Assembly (NCBI GenBank): GCA_011109175.1
Contig: RDEW01000084.1
Coordinates: forward strand, 1-64,000
Direction of reading: 5' to 3'
DNA: 64,000 bases
From: Dicyema japonicum
Lineage: Eukaryota > Animalia > Dicyemida
The position numbers and the translations under genes were made by a program. A model generated the notes under the pieces. It did not search any database. It was given only the letters and a program-made list of their open reading frames with translations, and was not told the origin of the DNA. Of this stretch, positions 34,755 to 47,379 are shown piece by piece (position 1 is the stretch's first letter; every line of letters starts with the position of its first letter).

Positions 34755-36040
34755 CAAAAACATTTTTCTTTGTCGTTGAAAACATTAAATTTGATTCCAA
34801 AGCAACTCTTAATACATTACTCATAAGACATTATTTACAAATTTTACAGTTTTGAATCAAAAATAACATTCGTTGTACCTCAAATCAAAACAACTTACAT
34901 TCTAACGGATATGAGAAAGTTAATATTTCTCCAATTTATCGAATTCTGATATGAAACTCAACAAAATCATTTTGATTAAAACTGTAAATTCACTGTAAAA
35001 CATAAATTCAGTTAGCAACATATTTTTATTGTTCGAAATAATTATTGTCCTGTTTGATGCAATTTCGACGATTCCATTTTATCGTAAATTCAGACTAGAA
35101 TCATCATTTATGTATTAATTTTATTTTGCTATTGAACTTCCACAAGTCATCACTATTAATGGTTCTTATAATTCATGGACATTAAAGGAGCTACCAAATT
35201 CGACAAAAAATGGAAGACAAGTTTTTGTTCCCTATGACAAAATCATACATGCCCGATTGCATATTAAAATTCTCAATTATCGACAGCAACATGAAATTTG
35301 ATAATTTACGTGTCTTGACGTGCCAATATTATTTTCTAACACCCATCAGCTTCACCTTAAAATTTTCCAGTGTTTTTCATTTCCGTTAATATATAAAAAT
35401 CAAAATAAATGTAAAATATATATGTTGCAGTCAATTTGTGTAATCTGTCAATTCACGAAATGCTTAGAAAATAATTCAGTCATTTCGAGAATTGTCTTGA
35501 CAGTAACATACACGAAAACAATTTTCTTTGTCATTGAAAACATTAATTTTTAATTCCCTCGAAAGCACCTCTCAATAATTACATTACTCCTAAAACATTA
35601 TTGACATGTACTACAGTTTTGAATCAAAAATAACATTTGATGTGCATCAAATCAAAACAACACATTCTAACGGATGTGAGAAAGTTAACATTTTTTCCAT
35701 TTATCGAATATTGAAATGAAGCTCAGCAAAATCATTTTGATTATAAAATATAAATTCTCTGTTGTTCTACATCCTTATTGTCTTGTTTAATGCAAATACG
35801 ATTTCGAAGAATCATTTGTTATCCTAAATTCATAGAATCCTCAACTGAAGTATTAATTGTATTCCATTATTTCAATTTCCACAAGTAATCACTATTAAGT
35901 GTTCTTATGGAATCATAAAGATTATGTGGGATACCAAGTTCGACATAAAATTGGAATGCATATTTTTTTCATTGATACAATCATACATGCCCACTATTAC
36001 TTTATTAATGTGATTTGATAATTTCATTTCTTCACGTGCC
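34755..36040. repeat. Diverged tandem duplication (units ~34755-35323 and ~35515-36040)
   Basis: Collinear blocks such as tacagttttgaatcaaaaataacatt, cattctaacggat.tgagaaagttaa, ttccacaagt.atcactattaa and tcatacatgccc. Confidence 0.85.
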
Positions 36041-37049
36041 GGGGCTAAACGACTTGGGAGATCTTAATTTCATGACTCACCCTCTCAGTCAAATATCTTC
36101 TTTATCCACAATGGGTAGCCTTTAAATTTTACTTTTTTTGAATATTAAAGCTGACATTTTAGCCACCGGTTTTCTTGACATGTTAGCCATCCAGTCAAAT
36201 CAATTTTCAAGATTTACAGAAATGCCATAAATGTTCAAACTTTGAGTAAAAGTCTATAAAACTCATGCTCACTCGAAAAGAAGTGAATTACCTAGAACAT
36301 CAGTGAGTTCCTGAGCTTTCAAAGGCGATTTTATTTTCGCTGTAACGTCTGCGGCTGGTAAAAAATGGTGCAACTGCTGTGGCTCGCGACATCCAGTAAG
36401 TTCCTTAGCTTTCGAAGATGATTGCTATTTTTGTTGAACACAAAATTTTGGATATAAAGCATGTCTACGCGATCAAATCAAATTTGATATCCTTTAAGGA
36501 AATCTGTCTCATAACGAGACTAAAGAACCAAATGTATGGACATGGTCGTATTTAGTCTCAGATTCAACATTTCGAAACTATGAATGAACACATTCCTTGC
36601 ATAACTTTAAACCAAAAATCTATTAAATCTCGTACTCATTGATGAAGGATATACTGTTCTGTTAATGTTTCAATGTCAATCAGCTTCAACATAAAATTTC
36701 CTCATAGTACTAATTTTTCGTATTACTACTTCACAGGCGACATTTAATTTGAAATGTAAATTTGTATTTTATTTATAATTAAAAATTTAATTATAAATTA
36801 TTTTGGGTGGTTAGACAATTTTAATAAATATTTATCTTGTTTTGTTTTTTATTGTGATTGCTCATTACCTAAGAAATACGAATATCAACTTCTTTATAAA
36901 ATCTTCTAATTTTAGGGAGTTGTGAAGAAGATGTAGAACTCGAGTTATGTATTTACCCTCGGTACCTTCAAGTGATAGAAACCGGTTCCTAAAGAGAATG
37001 TAACTGCCATATACTGACGTTCCTAAAATCCAAAAGGTTGATACCGCGC

Positions 37050-37300
37050 GGAGAAACCAAAGGCAGGACAGGACACAAGAAAAGTTATTTGTCCTGTGGT
37101 CTTAAAGTGAACAGGAATAGAAAAGTGACGACTTTGTATGCCCAGTCTTATATAAGGTAGTGTGATACCCACGTGGTGACCGCAGCGGTAGGCGCCATGT
37201 TTACCTGAACTTCACGAGGTAAGGAAAATTCAATAGCATATATGCTCGGTAAAGGACGACCCAGAAACCCTACATCCAACCAGAAGACCCTCGGATTGAT
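37050..37300 (-). mobile_element. LINE ORF2 C-terminal remnant
   Basis: EFSLPREVQVN is shared with 62580-62800 (EFSLPREIRVN). Confidence 0.6.
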
Positions 37301-37419
37301 TAACTCTAAATTTATTTAGATGTTATTTTTAACTAAAAAACTACATTTTTGGAAATTTTTAGCAATTTTAAGAACATATAAATATTGACATTATTGACAA
37401 AAATCGCCTTAATGTTTAT

Positions 37420-37535
37420 CATGTGTGGGGTCGAGGGAGGAGCATCGGGCCAAGTTGAGGTCTCTGCTAGAGCGTGCTTGGATCACGAGATTAGTTAGTT
37501 AGTGTTCCCGTGGTCTTTGGTATTATTATTATTTA
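37420..37535 (+). mobile_element. LINE-B/family C type 3' tail, heavily 5'-truncated
   Basis: ggatcacgagattagttagttag...gtggtctttgg followed by (TAT)n. Confidence 0.55.
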
Positions 37536-37574
37536 TTAAGACAATGGGACAAATTTATGAGCCAGGAAAGCAGT

Positions 37575-37760
37575 AAACTTTTTGAAGAATTAATATTCGA
37601 CAAATACATGAAAGACCAAATACTCCTCGTATACAGGGGAGTATTGAACGTTTTAATAAAACTTAGCGCGAAAATTATCTAAAATTGTCGATAAGGGTGA
37701 GTAAAAAGGCTTGATATATTGGAGAATGTTGTGTACAGTTATAACATTTTTGCCACTCAT
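37575..37760 (+). mobile_element. Ty3/Gypsy integrase remnant
   Basis: DNGTN and GSIERFNKT, the second D and the E of the integrase DDE triad. Confidence 0.55.
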
Positions 37761-39864
37761 TTTCTAATCCGAGCTTTTTTAAAAGATATTTTATTTATTT
37801 AACACCCAAGACCACGGTAAAACCAAAACTTCCGCCAAAATCCTCATTCTTTCCCGGTGCTTCTCCCTCTTACCCACACAAGCTCGTACTGGGCGGCTGA
37901 CTGTATTTGCAGGGCCACTTCCCGCATTCCGGAGTTTTGTTTAATGAGGGCCTCCAGAGTAGTCGGTTCTGTGAAAGATAATGTAGAATAGTTAGAATAA
38001 ATTCAGTAATTTGTAGTTATAAATATTAAATAAGTCTTTAGATAATTCAAGTAATGCTTGTTTCACTCCAGAGAAAATAAAAATTCAAAAAATTTTTCGA
38101 GTCGGCAGCATTCAAAGAATTGTTCGAAATTAATAGATAAAATGTTCCAAAAGGAAATAGTCTGTGGGAATGGCAAACCTTAAAAAATAGTTAATTTAAT
38201 AAAAAAATGTTCTTTGAACTTGATAATTAATTGGTAGATCAAAATCACAAAAATTTAACAAGTTACGCATGCGTAGGTGGTGATGTAACATAACGCAAAG
38301 TAAGAATTTGTAATAAGTTGGTATTTTTAGGTGAGGTGCAGTTTTTTATGTTTTTAAAAGTGGGTGAAAATACATTAGCATCAAAACTATTCTACTATTC
38401 AAATCAGACTGACCTTACTTCAATCAGCTCGGAAGAGATTTTTAGATTTTTCAACCAAAACAGTGTTTCAATTCAAAATTCGACGTAATGCTTCATTTAC
38501 GTTTAAAAGTCAATGTTCCTTTTCCAGAATTGAAAACGTTCAGAAAATAACTCTGGTTGTGTTCACTGCCGTGACAACAAAATAAAATGTTAGAATACCC
38601 CATATATAGAAGTCTTGTATTCTGCAAGGAATAGTCAGAATGAAGATCGCCTGCAAGNAAAAAAAAAATTATATAGTTTAAATTTATATTTTAATATGGT
38701 TAACCAAAACTAAATAAGTTTATGATACACGTTCTTATTACCTTTCTTGTGGTGCTGTGTTTTGTTTATTGCATTTTTCTAGTATATATTAATATTTCTT
38801 CATTGTAAGTGGAAGATTTATCAAACTTTTATCAAATAAATCTTTGATTTATCATTTCATCCTGCTACTTATAACTATGAAGAAATTGTTTTTTTATTTG
38901 ATTGAAGAAACACAGAGTCACAAGGGTCATATTGTATCCGCAATGCTATTCCATCTTAGGATGGTTAGCGAGACTCATTGAAGAAATTATGATAACGTAA
39001 ATTTTATATTTTATTCGTTTTGGATTTTTGTATTATTATTGATTATATTATTATGAATTCGTATATTTATATACACTTTACCTACGTCGTCCATCTTTGT
39101 ACGATTACGAACGGTTTGTGAATTTCCTTAATTATATTCTCATATAAACGAGTTGGTAATTTAATTCTATATATTCACCAATTTGGAGATTTATACTGCA
39201 TTGACTCTTTTAATCGATTCACTTTTTGGACAAAATATTCGTTAATTTTTTGAGAAATTGTATCATTCGAGAGGAATATCTGAGTATTTACTTTGTATTA
39301 TAAAAAGCATTGTGTCAAGAATGAGACGCTTGATTATTATTAATTCATTCTCAATATTTGATGTTAAAAGACATAATATAATCTGATTATTAATTATATA
39401 ACGAAAGTACATCTCTGTGACATTGTTAGCTTCATTCTCCAATTCGCATTATTATCAATTTCAATATTTGGCTAATCCAGTGGAGGTCAACATCAAAAAT
39501 GAGCGTAAGAAATGTTCAGCAAAATCGATTGCGATGTATTTGATGAAACTACATTGTACAAAATCTCTTAATTTAAAAATTTGTTAACTGGTTGGTGGGA
39601 AAGTTTGGTTGTTTATACTATCATCATTCTAACAACGACTTTGAACAATAATATTTAATACAATTCCAATACATTCCCATGACTGAAAAATATATATCAC
39701 AGTAGTTGAAGAGACTATGTTCGCCTTTTCAATAACATTCAATACTGATTGTCCATGTTGGTCGTGAATAACAATATTCCCTGGTCGTTTCTTTTTGCTA
39801 ATAATCCGAATGTCTTTGAACATTTTGGATCCGTTCTTATATTTCTTGATTTCATCGACCTGTT

Positions 39865-40760
39865 CCTCCACTTCCTTTCTTGCGTTTAGCTTTAAACCAA
39901 GCGTATCCAATTGGGTTTGTAATCTCTGTAGACAGTCATATACATTGTTAGGATGACCTCCCAGGGTGCAATCATCCAAATACCACACGTTCAGCGGAGT
40001 AGTAAGGCATCTCATGACACGGTCGACACCGAGGCAGAACAATGCCGGTCCTAGTGGGTCTCCTTGTTGAACCCCACACGACGAGGGAATGAATTATTTC
40101 CCATGTACAAGACTGGACGGTTTTCCATATGAACAATGAACATAATTATATATAGACGGGTAATGGGTAAGACAATCTTCCAAAATTACATCGCGCCGTA
40201 TGGTATTGAAGGCGTTTTTTATGTCAATCTTGAGGACCACACAAGGCATGTTCGTTCTGTTTCCAGTAAACATCCGAACGGCATGAACCGCCGCCTCACA
40301 TCCACCAGGAGTACCGACCCCTACTTGGGTTGGTCGCAGTTGTTTGACAAGCATCGGAAGGATTGCTCTGCTAGCAAGTTTAGAAGCCAGTCGACGAAAA
40401 ACAAACCCAACAGCAATAGGACGAATTCCTCCTCCACACTTATCAAAGGCAATTTACTTGGCGGAAAACATAATATGACGGATTGCTTCTGGTAATCTTC
40501 CGGAAAGCATTCTGTTGATTAACCTCGTTATAGCCGATAATAGCCGAACACCAGAGTTCCCCGTATTCTGATCAATTAAGTCTTTTAGGTGTCCTGGACG
40601 GAGTCCGTCGAGTCCGCCACTGCTGCTTGGAACGAATGAGAGGATCGCATCTTTCACGTCCCCCTCAGAAATAATCAGACTAGGTAATTCTCCAGAGCAA
40701 GTAGGGATCTGCTCGTCCACTGGCGGACCAGGATGTCGTTCAACCAGTGCATCGTAGGAG
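39865..40760 (-). mobile_element. CRE-like RT fragment
   Basis: SSGGLDGLRPGHLKDL, LRPTQVGVGTPGGCEAAVHA, KIDIKNAFN, GVQQGDPLGP, WYLDDCT. Confidence 0.9.
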
Positions 40761-40843
40761 TGTTCAGTTGGTAGCCTAAATTATATACGATTTTATAATA
40801 CTTCAGTAACTTTCAGCTTTAAAGTAATTTAGGCTCCTCAGTA

Positions 40844-41651
40844 TTATTGAATATTAAAATATATTAATTTATCTCACCTTAGTATATGAGGGTTTCACTC
40901 GATCTACAAGCTCACAAGTCTTCTGGTGTAAGTTATTCAGATCAACTCACTCCAATCACAACCAGCTCTTTATGGTAGATCAGCGTATAATTAATGCCCA
41001 TAGATAATAGATTGGGTCTTTTACAGGTCTCTTCAGTTTTAGTACTTACAAAATTGCTGGATCCACGTGGATTTTAATTTTGCTAAATCACAGAAACTAC
41101 ACATTCGTGACCGGCCTATTGTGGGTTTTTTAGTTTAATTATTTCGCCACAATAACGGTTTGAAATGAAGGGTTGTCTCTTACTACTAAAACAGAATTCG
41201 AAAACAGCGTCATTCGTAACCTCCTCGTGTCCTATCAAGACGTCCATACTACAGACACTCCAAGTTTTGAACTTGGCGGCAATCATCCGAATATTTCGCC
41301 TTCATAATTGCCATTATGATGGGACCTGTTCAGCCACGGTCTTCTAAAGATCACTGGAAGATGTCCAATCTTAATATTTTTGCTGCCATACAGTGGTCAT
41401 ATTGCCTAGGTCATTATTGAATCCCCTGCCTCACTAACCAGTAGGGGACCAGCAGATTTTAAACTTGGATGAGGGCACTTGCAAAATTCAATTTCTGTAG
41501 TCCTTTAGTGAAGACCTGTATGGCATGGTAGGTGAAATTAAGCAGCCTGTCGTATGTCACTCCCAGCATTGAGAGGTTCCTTGTGACAGGTATCCGAGTA
41601 TGTCCGATAAAGATTTCTTGTTCTTCTTTGGACCGCCGGTCAGAGGTGAAT
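40844..41651 (-). mobile_element. 5'-truncated LINE flanked by a 29-bp direct repeat
   Basis: RT-thumb peptide RIPVTRNLSMLGVTYDRLLNF. Identical agctttaaagtaatttaggctcctcagta at 40815-40843 and 41652-41680. Confidence 0.65.
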
Positions 41652-41734
41652 AGCTTTAAAGTAATTTAGGCTCCTCAGTACTACTCCAATTTACTTCGGA
41701 ATCATTCTGTTAATAGTCTGTTTTACGGGGATTT

Positions 41735-42230
41735 CATGGTTCCATCGTCCTCAGGTGTTCATCAGGGCGACCCCCTCGGACTACTGCTGTTCTCCTCAGA
41801 ATTGAAGATGATTACGAAGCTCTCTCGATGCCCGCTAACATCTGGTACCTCGATGACGCTGTTCTTAGACGGTCTTCCAGGAGTTAGAAGTACTCATCCC
41901 CGCGTTGTCCAAGATGGTTCTTGTGTTGAACACAACGAAATGTGAAATAACAAACTGTGGTCTTGCTGACGATGACTTCTATTCAATTGTTCCAAAATTT
42001 TACTCCTTGTTTCTTGGTGAGATTTCGACCCCTGAAAACGAATTGATTTTTCTTGGATCCCCATTACTAGGAATGCGATGAAGCATGTCTTCCTTCAGTG
42101 ATTGAATATAATCGAGCTCATCTCTGAAAGAACTCGAAACACTTTCTTGGATTACAGAAACATTACTGGAAAAATTTTGAGCAATAGGCGGACATAAACT
42201 TTGCAGATTTCGATGCTGTCTTTCACTCAA
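41735..42230 (+). mobile_element. CRE-like RT fragment
   Basis: GVHQGDPLGLLLF, WYLDDA, LIFLGSP. Confidence 0.8.
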
Positions 42231-42821
42231 TAGTGCAGTTTCCTATGTTAACAGAAAGATTCAGTACATTCAATTCACTCAGAGCAATGAAGGTATTTAC
42301 AACAGAAAGATAAATCAAATCATACATAAATGTTTGACAACAAAACGAGAATAAAAGAAACGTAATAGTCTAAAAACATCCAAAGGTCATCCCCAAAAAT
42401 TAGAGACCAAATCCGAATGCAGTATAGCGAAATATGAACTTTAAAATTAAAAAAGTGGACGAATGGAGAAAAATCAACTACGCGTTTAATAAACCAAGGT
42501 CCCTCTCTTGGAGCAAAAACCTTTAGAAGATAAACAGTAGTGATTTCAGCAAAAAAGGAACTCGATTGAATAAAGCTCTAAACTCAAAACAGCACTTACA
42601 TCATAAAAGTATGAAGGTCGACCNATATTTTCTGAAAACCTCTGGTCTATACTAATTAAAATTCAGAAAAAGTAAGTGAACCAGATATGAAGAATTTGAG
42701 TTATGAAAAGTTCGATCAATATCATCCTGTCATGTGGCGTGAGAAAGGTGATAATGGGAGACAGCCCATATTCAACTTTAATCATTTCTATGTATAAATA
42801 CGAGATCCCAGAGATCCCGGA

Positions 42822-42905
42822 GATGGGGGACAATATGAGACAGCCATCCACTTGTCTAGGTGACGCCTAGTGCCAGGCCGGCACGAACAAATATCATTTG
42901 CTTTT
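42822..42905 (+). mobile_element. Diverged family C-like core
   Basis: ccatcc act tgtcta ggt gacgcc ta gtgcc aggcc ggcac gaa aligns to P2-P3-P1'-P4 of family C. The P1 5' strand is degenerate. Confidence 0.45.
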
Positions 42906-43023
42906 TCCCACTTTACTGAAGGGGTTTCCACAACTGCATGTAATAGACGTTTTACCTTTTATGTTGATTCCGGATGGACTCTGTTTCTGTAGAAGTGGAA
43001 ACTGGATACTCTTAATTAGTTGT

Positions 43024-43430
43024 TTACTTTAACTTCTTTCTCGGAGTATCCGGTGTTAATAAATTAATATAATAATTATATAGAAAAGTCGCATGCTCAT
43101 TAATTGGTTTAAAGAAGTTAACACTATTCAGTTTAGTCTTCGTAAGATTCACGATCCAATTCTCCATTTCTGCATAAATAGACTTCATATTAGTCTTCAT
43201 GACGTTACTATATTTGTCTTCTAATCCGCCAAGATATCGATAACCTCCCAGACCGTCAAGTAACATATCTTTTTTCAACCAAACATTCAAAATTTGTCGT
43301 TTTTCAACCAAACATTCAACATTTGTCGTTTTCAACCAAACATTCAACAGCATGATCAGTTGCTTTCATAAAATTATCTCATCATTGAGACAAACTTTAA
43401 TTGATTCTATGTAATTCATCCAAGTTTCAG
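43024..43430 (-). mobile_element. R4/Dong-like RT 3' fragment containing a ~29-bp tandem repeat (43270-43349)
   Basis: GYRYLGGLED...KTKLNSVNFFKPINEHA is the same family as 21850-22200. ttttcaaccaaacattcaa(c/a)atttgtcg occurs about 2.7 times. Confidence 0.7.
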
Positions 43431-43455
43431 TATCAATTGATGAATATCTGAGTTT

Positions 43456-44108
43456 CGAAAAACAGTACTAGGACATTTTTTCGACAGATATTTGGCCGAT
43501 AGGAGACTAGGCCGACAGACGTTTAGTATACATGTTACATTGTGTAAAACATGTTCGGTTTCATTAGTGTACGCTATTGCTCAAAAAAATCTCAATAAAT
43601 GTATGAACAAATATTTTAAACACTGAAAGAGAAATTAACTCCACCATTATTTACCATAGATTATGAGCGAGCAGCGATAAATGCTATCAACAGAATTTTG
43701 CAAATGTGTGTGGCTGCTACCTTCACTTTGGGCAGTGTTTATGGCGAAAAATACAAAATCTAGGACTGCAGACATAATCCCAGCAAATGCAAACTTAATT
43801 AAAAGTATTCAAGCACTGGCATTTGTTCCTGTACGTCATTGAAAGTTTCCGAGCGCTTCTTGAAACTATAAATGACAAGACTGGTGACGTTTCTGGAGAT
43901 TTTCTTACTTATTTTGAGACATCGGTGCCTTGCAAGGAAAAGAAGGCCATTGTTTAGTTTAGAAATGTAGAATGTACATGACAGACAGGCAGAAGGCCTC
44001 CCAAGAACTATAAATTCACTTGAAGGATTGCACAGATCTTTTTAACAAAGAGTATCTGTCGGCCAAATGTCCTGTCGGCCTAATATCTATCGGCCAAATG
44101 TGGTTTCG
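43456..44108 (+). mobile_element. MULE/Mutator-like DNA transposon, internally deleted
   Basis: TIDYERAAINAI...GCYLHFGQCLWRKIQNLGL and LPRTINSLEGLHRSF. Both ends are made of inverted atttggccga(t/c)ag repeats. Confidence 0.8.
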
Positions 44109-44192
44109 TTTGGTTATTTCGATAACTATTGACAGAGAAAACACAATTTACATTCAAGCTTCCAAACTTTTAATATCTAAATGGTAATTCTT

Positions 44193-44518
44193 TTTTCTTT
44201 TTTTTAAAGCCTTTTCACGAGAGCCATAATATTTATAGCTCCGCATAGGCAGGACACTCACTTTATTTAAGTAAAAGACAGTTAATTTTAACTAATCGTA
44301 GAACCAAGGATTGATCTTCACTTTTTTTTCTTTTTTTTGTGTGAGTGTCCTTTCTAGACAATCCAGTTCCGCAGTGAGTATCCACTGATGACGGCGTCAC
44401 TCGTCAAACCCTTTCTGCATCGTAGAAGCGTGGAACCTTCCACCAGGTAAACATCAGCGAGATTCGAACCCGTAGCCTAAGCCACTTATGCCGACACCTA
44501 ACCACTATGGCACCCGGC
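44193..44518 (-). mobile_element. SINE-A full-length copy with A-rich tail
   Basis: 11-bp TSD tggtaattctt at 44182-44192 and 44519-44529. Confidence 0.95.
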
Positions 44519-46449
44519 TGGTAATTCTTATTAATAATAAATTAATTTACTTGAATAAAATACATTCATATTAGCACGTTTATGTTAATCAGAAAATATC
44601 AAGTCGACGATGGTTGTTCAATTTAGTCAGAGACCCCTAACAACTCTTCAAACAATAAATGAATAATGTCCTTATCGGTATCGTGTAGGATCCCACAATA
44701 ATAACTTAAATGAATAAAAAAGTTTATATAATTATATTAATAACTATTAATATTTTAATATGGTCAACCATAATCAATAACCTTATTATAATAAACCTCA
44801 ACATTGACTCTTGTTGTCTTTCATCTTATTTGCTTTATATCTTTATTTTATTTTAAAACAAAGTAATATTTGCTTATAATATAATTTCTTCATTATTGAA
44901 AGTGCAAAATTAGTCAAACTTTTATCAAATAAATCTTTGATTCGTCACTTCATTCATCATGCTGCTTTTAATTATGAAGAAATCATGTGATGTACATTTT
45001 ATTTTGGTTCATGTTGAATTTTTTTATAATCGAATATATTATATTTTTGAAAACCAATTTTTGTATCAAAAATATAAATTTTTACATTTCTATATCGCTT
45101 TGATAAGCGTTTCCATTGTTGCAATCAGGAATATCTTGATGAAACATTCGTTAAATCTCTGAAACTTGTTGATGATTTGTTTAGTATTTTCTTCTTTTTT
45201 TGTCAAATTCACTTCTAAATCATAATTTTTATAGTGAGTATTTCTTGCCGGATAAAATATATTCATTTCATTGTTTATATACATCTCGATAAATATATGA
45301 ATGTTTTTTCGAGATCTACCTTTGTTCCTTAACACTTTCCATTTTGTCATTACTACACCAAACCGCTTTTATTGGCGTAAACATGTCTGAAAAGTGGGTA
45401 GTCAAAAAGTTAACAAGTACATTCTATTCCCTGAAATACATTTAATCATTTTCGGATTTCACAAAGTGTGTTCTTTATTATCTTAGTTATGTGGTTAATT
45501 TCCAAGTCTACATACCAGTGGTTTTCATTTCTTTTGTATCTCTAAAACACTTTTTTTTGCATTGAGCCTCTCATTATATATAATAATCCCTTCTATAGTT
45601 GGGATGTAACTTTGCCACAAAACTCTTCACAGCTATCTCTATATGTAGTGATGTGCCAAACTCTGTGAGGTATTCTTGATTTTTGGTCTTGCTGACAAGA
45701 AGGGGCATTTATCCCTCAGTGCTCGATATATTGGCCTTAATAACCTACAAGGTATTACTTTAAACTCTCCATTTTGGAATATTTCCCATTAAGTGTGTTA
45801 GTAATGGGGGCAAGATTGTAATCAGCAGAATGAATTATCTATTGTTCCTTTCTTGCTTATCATCTTTTTGCCAAGCAGATGTGCTAATAGATACTTCTCC
45901 TGTTCCTCTATTATTGGATCCTTTGGTGGTTATCGATTGTTTCATCTTTATTTTTCCAAGTGCTTCATTGCAATGACACCACATTTTTGTAGAAGATTTT
46001 TATGTTGAAATTTGCCTGAGTAACAAAAATTTGATTTATGAATAATTGAAATACAAAATTTAGTTGTTTTTTTTAATTACTATTTACCATTGAACTATCA
46101 CACCCTGTGTGAAAACTAGGTGGACCAGACGAAGTTAGCAAATAGTAACGGATTTTCCGATAGGTCCTCCAGACGCTGAGGGTATAGATAACAGAAGACC
46201 CCATGCAGTGGAGATTCCTGCTATGTCGACATTGCAGAATCAACTCGTATATGACGACGAAAACAAATAAAAAAGCATTATCTTAACATGTTTCCATTGA
46301 TGATATCACGTATTTGCTCAAAAAAACATTTTTTAGGTTAACCGCAAAAAATAAAAAATAGCATTTTTAATCCAAACTATTTTAGGAAGATATGAAGAGT
46401 AGTATTTTTATTAATTTAATTTTTGATTTAATATTAGAAGTGGTGTGGT

Positions 46450-47049
46450 GTGATCAACAAAAATCTCATGGAAATTAAAGAACGAAAAGAAGACAAAGTA
46501 CGAGGAACAAATCCAGTACGGACAAATCAGGTATGTTTTTTATGTGGACAATCGAACATCAGGAAATATTGGATTAACTGCACACAATGTGAATCATTCG
46601 CCCATCTGGGCTGCATAAAAATGAGTAAAGCTTGCGCCGAGACGCTGTCGAGTTGGCTGTTCCCCTCTTGTATTGGAATGGAGGCCCCCAGGCGGGGAAA
46701 AACAACTCAGTCAAACTTTACACTGCCACATACAGACCATACTCTCTTGAAGATCTCGAACCTCACGATAGCCATGAAGATTCCAGTAAAAATCCCTAAA
46801 GGAGTACGAATTGCCGCAGCTACGTGTCTTTCAGATGCCATTGCTTACGCACTATCCTCTAACAGTTGGGAATCCTGGCTAAAACTTATATGCTTTGCAC
46901 CTGTCGCACTCGGAATACCTACAAAGGAATCTGATGACAATAATAAAGAAACAAACTCCCGACTCAACTTATCCGGGAAACTGAAACGAAACATAATGAA
47001 TTTTAGCTGTCATAACATACACGCAATACTTGAACATCCACTTAATGTC
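46450..47049 (+). mobile_element. CRE-like element N-terminus with a PHD-like finger
   Basis: CFLC...WINCTQCESFAHLGC...W(L)FPSC (C4HC3 spacing, one Cys lost), then KIPKGVRIAAATCLSDAI...WLKL, homologous to 25900-26050. Runs into the gap. Confidence 0.75.
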
Positions 47050-47356
47050 NNNNNNNNNNNNNNNNNNNNNNNNNNNNNNNNNNNNNNNNNNNNNNNNNNN
47101 NNNNNNNNNNNNNNNNNNNNNNNNNNNNNNNNNNNNNNNNNNNNNNNNNNNNNNNNNNNNNNNNNNNNNNNNNNNNNNNNNNNNNNNNNNNNNNNNNNNN
47201 NNNNNNNNNNNNNNNNNNNNNNNNNNNNNNNNNNNNNNNNNNNNNNNNNNNNNNNNNNNNNNNNNNNNNNNNNNNNNNNNNNNNNNNNNNNNNNNNNNNN
47301 NNNNNNNNNNNNNNNNNNNNNNNNNNNNNNNNNNNNNNNNNNNNNNNNNNNNNNNN
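47050..47356. other. Assembly gap (N run)
   Basis: Continuous N. Confidence 1.
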
Positions 47357-47379
47357 CTCCTACTCCATACGTTCACTGA

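Noticed and set aside
37060-37080. LINE C-terminal gtgtcctgtcctgcct as the source of the SINE-A tail
   Set aside because: The match is only about 12 nt and does not extend.
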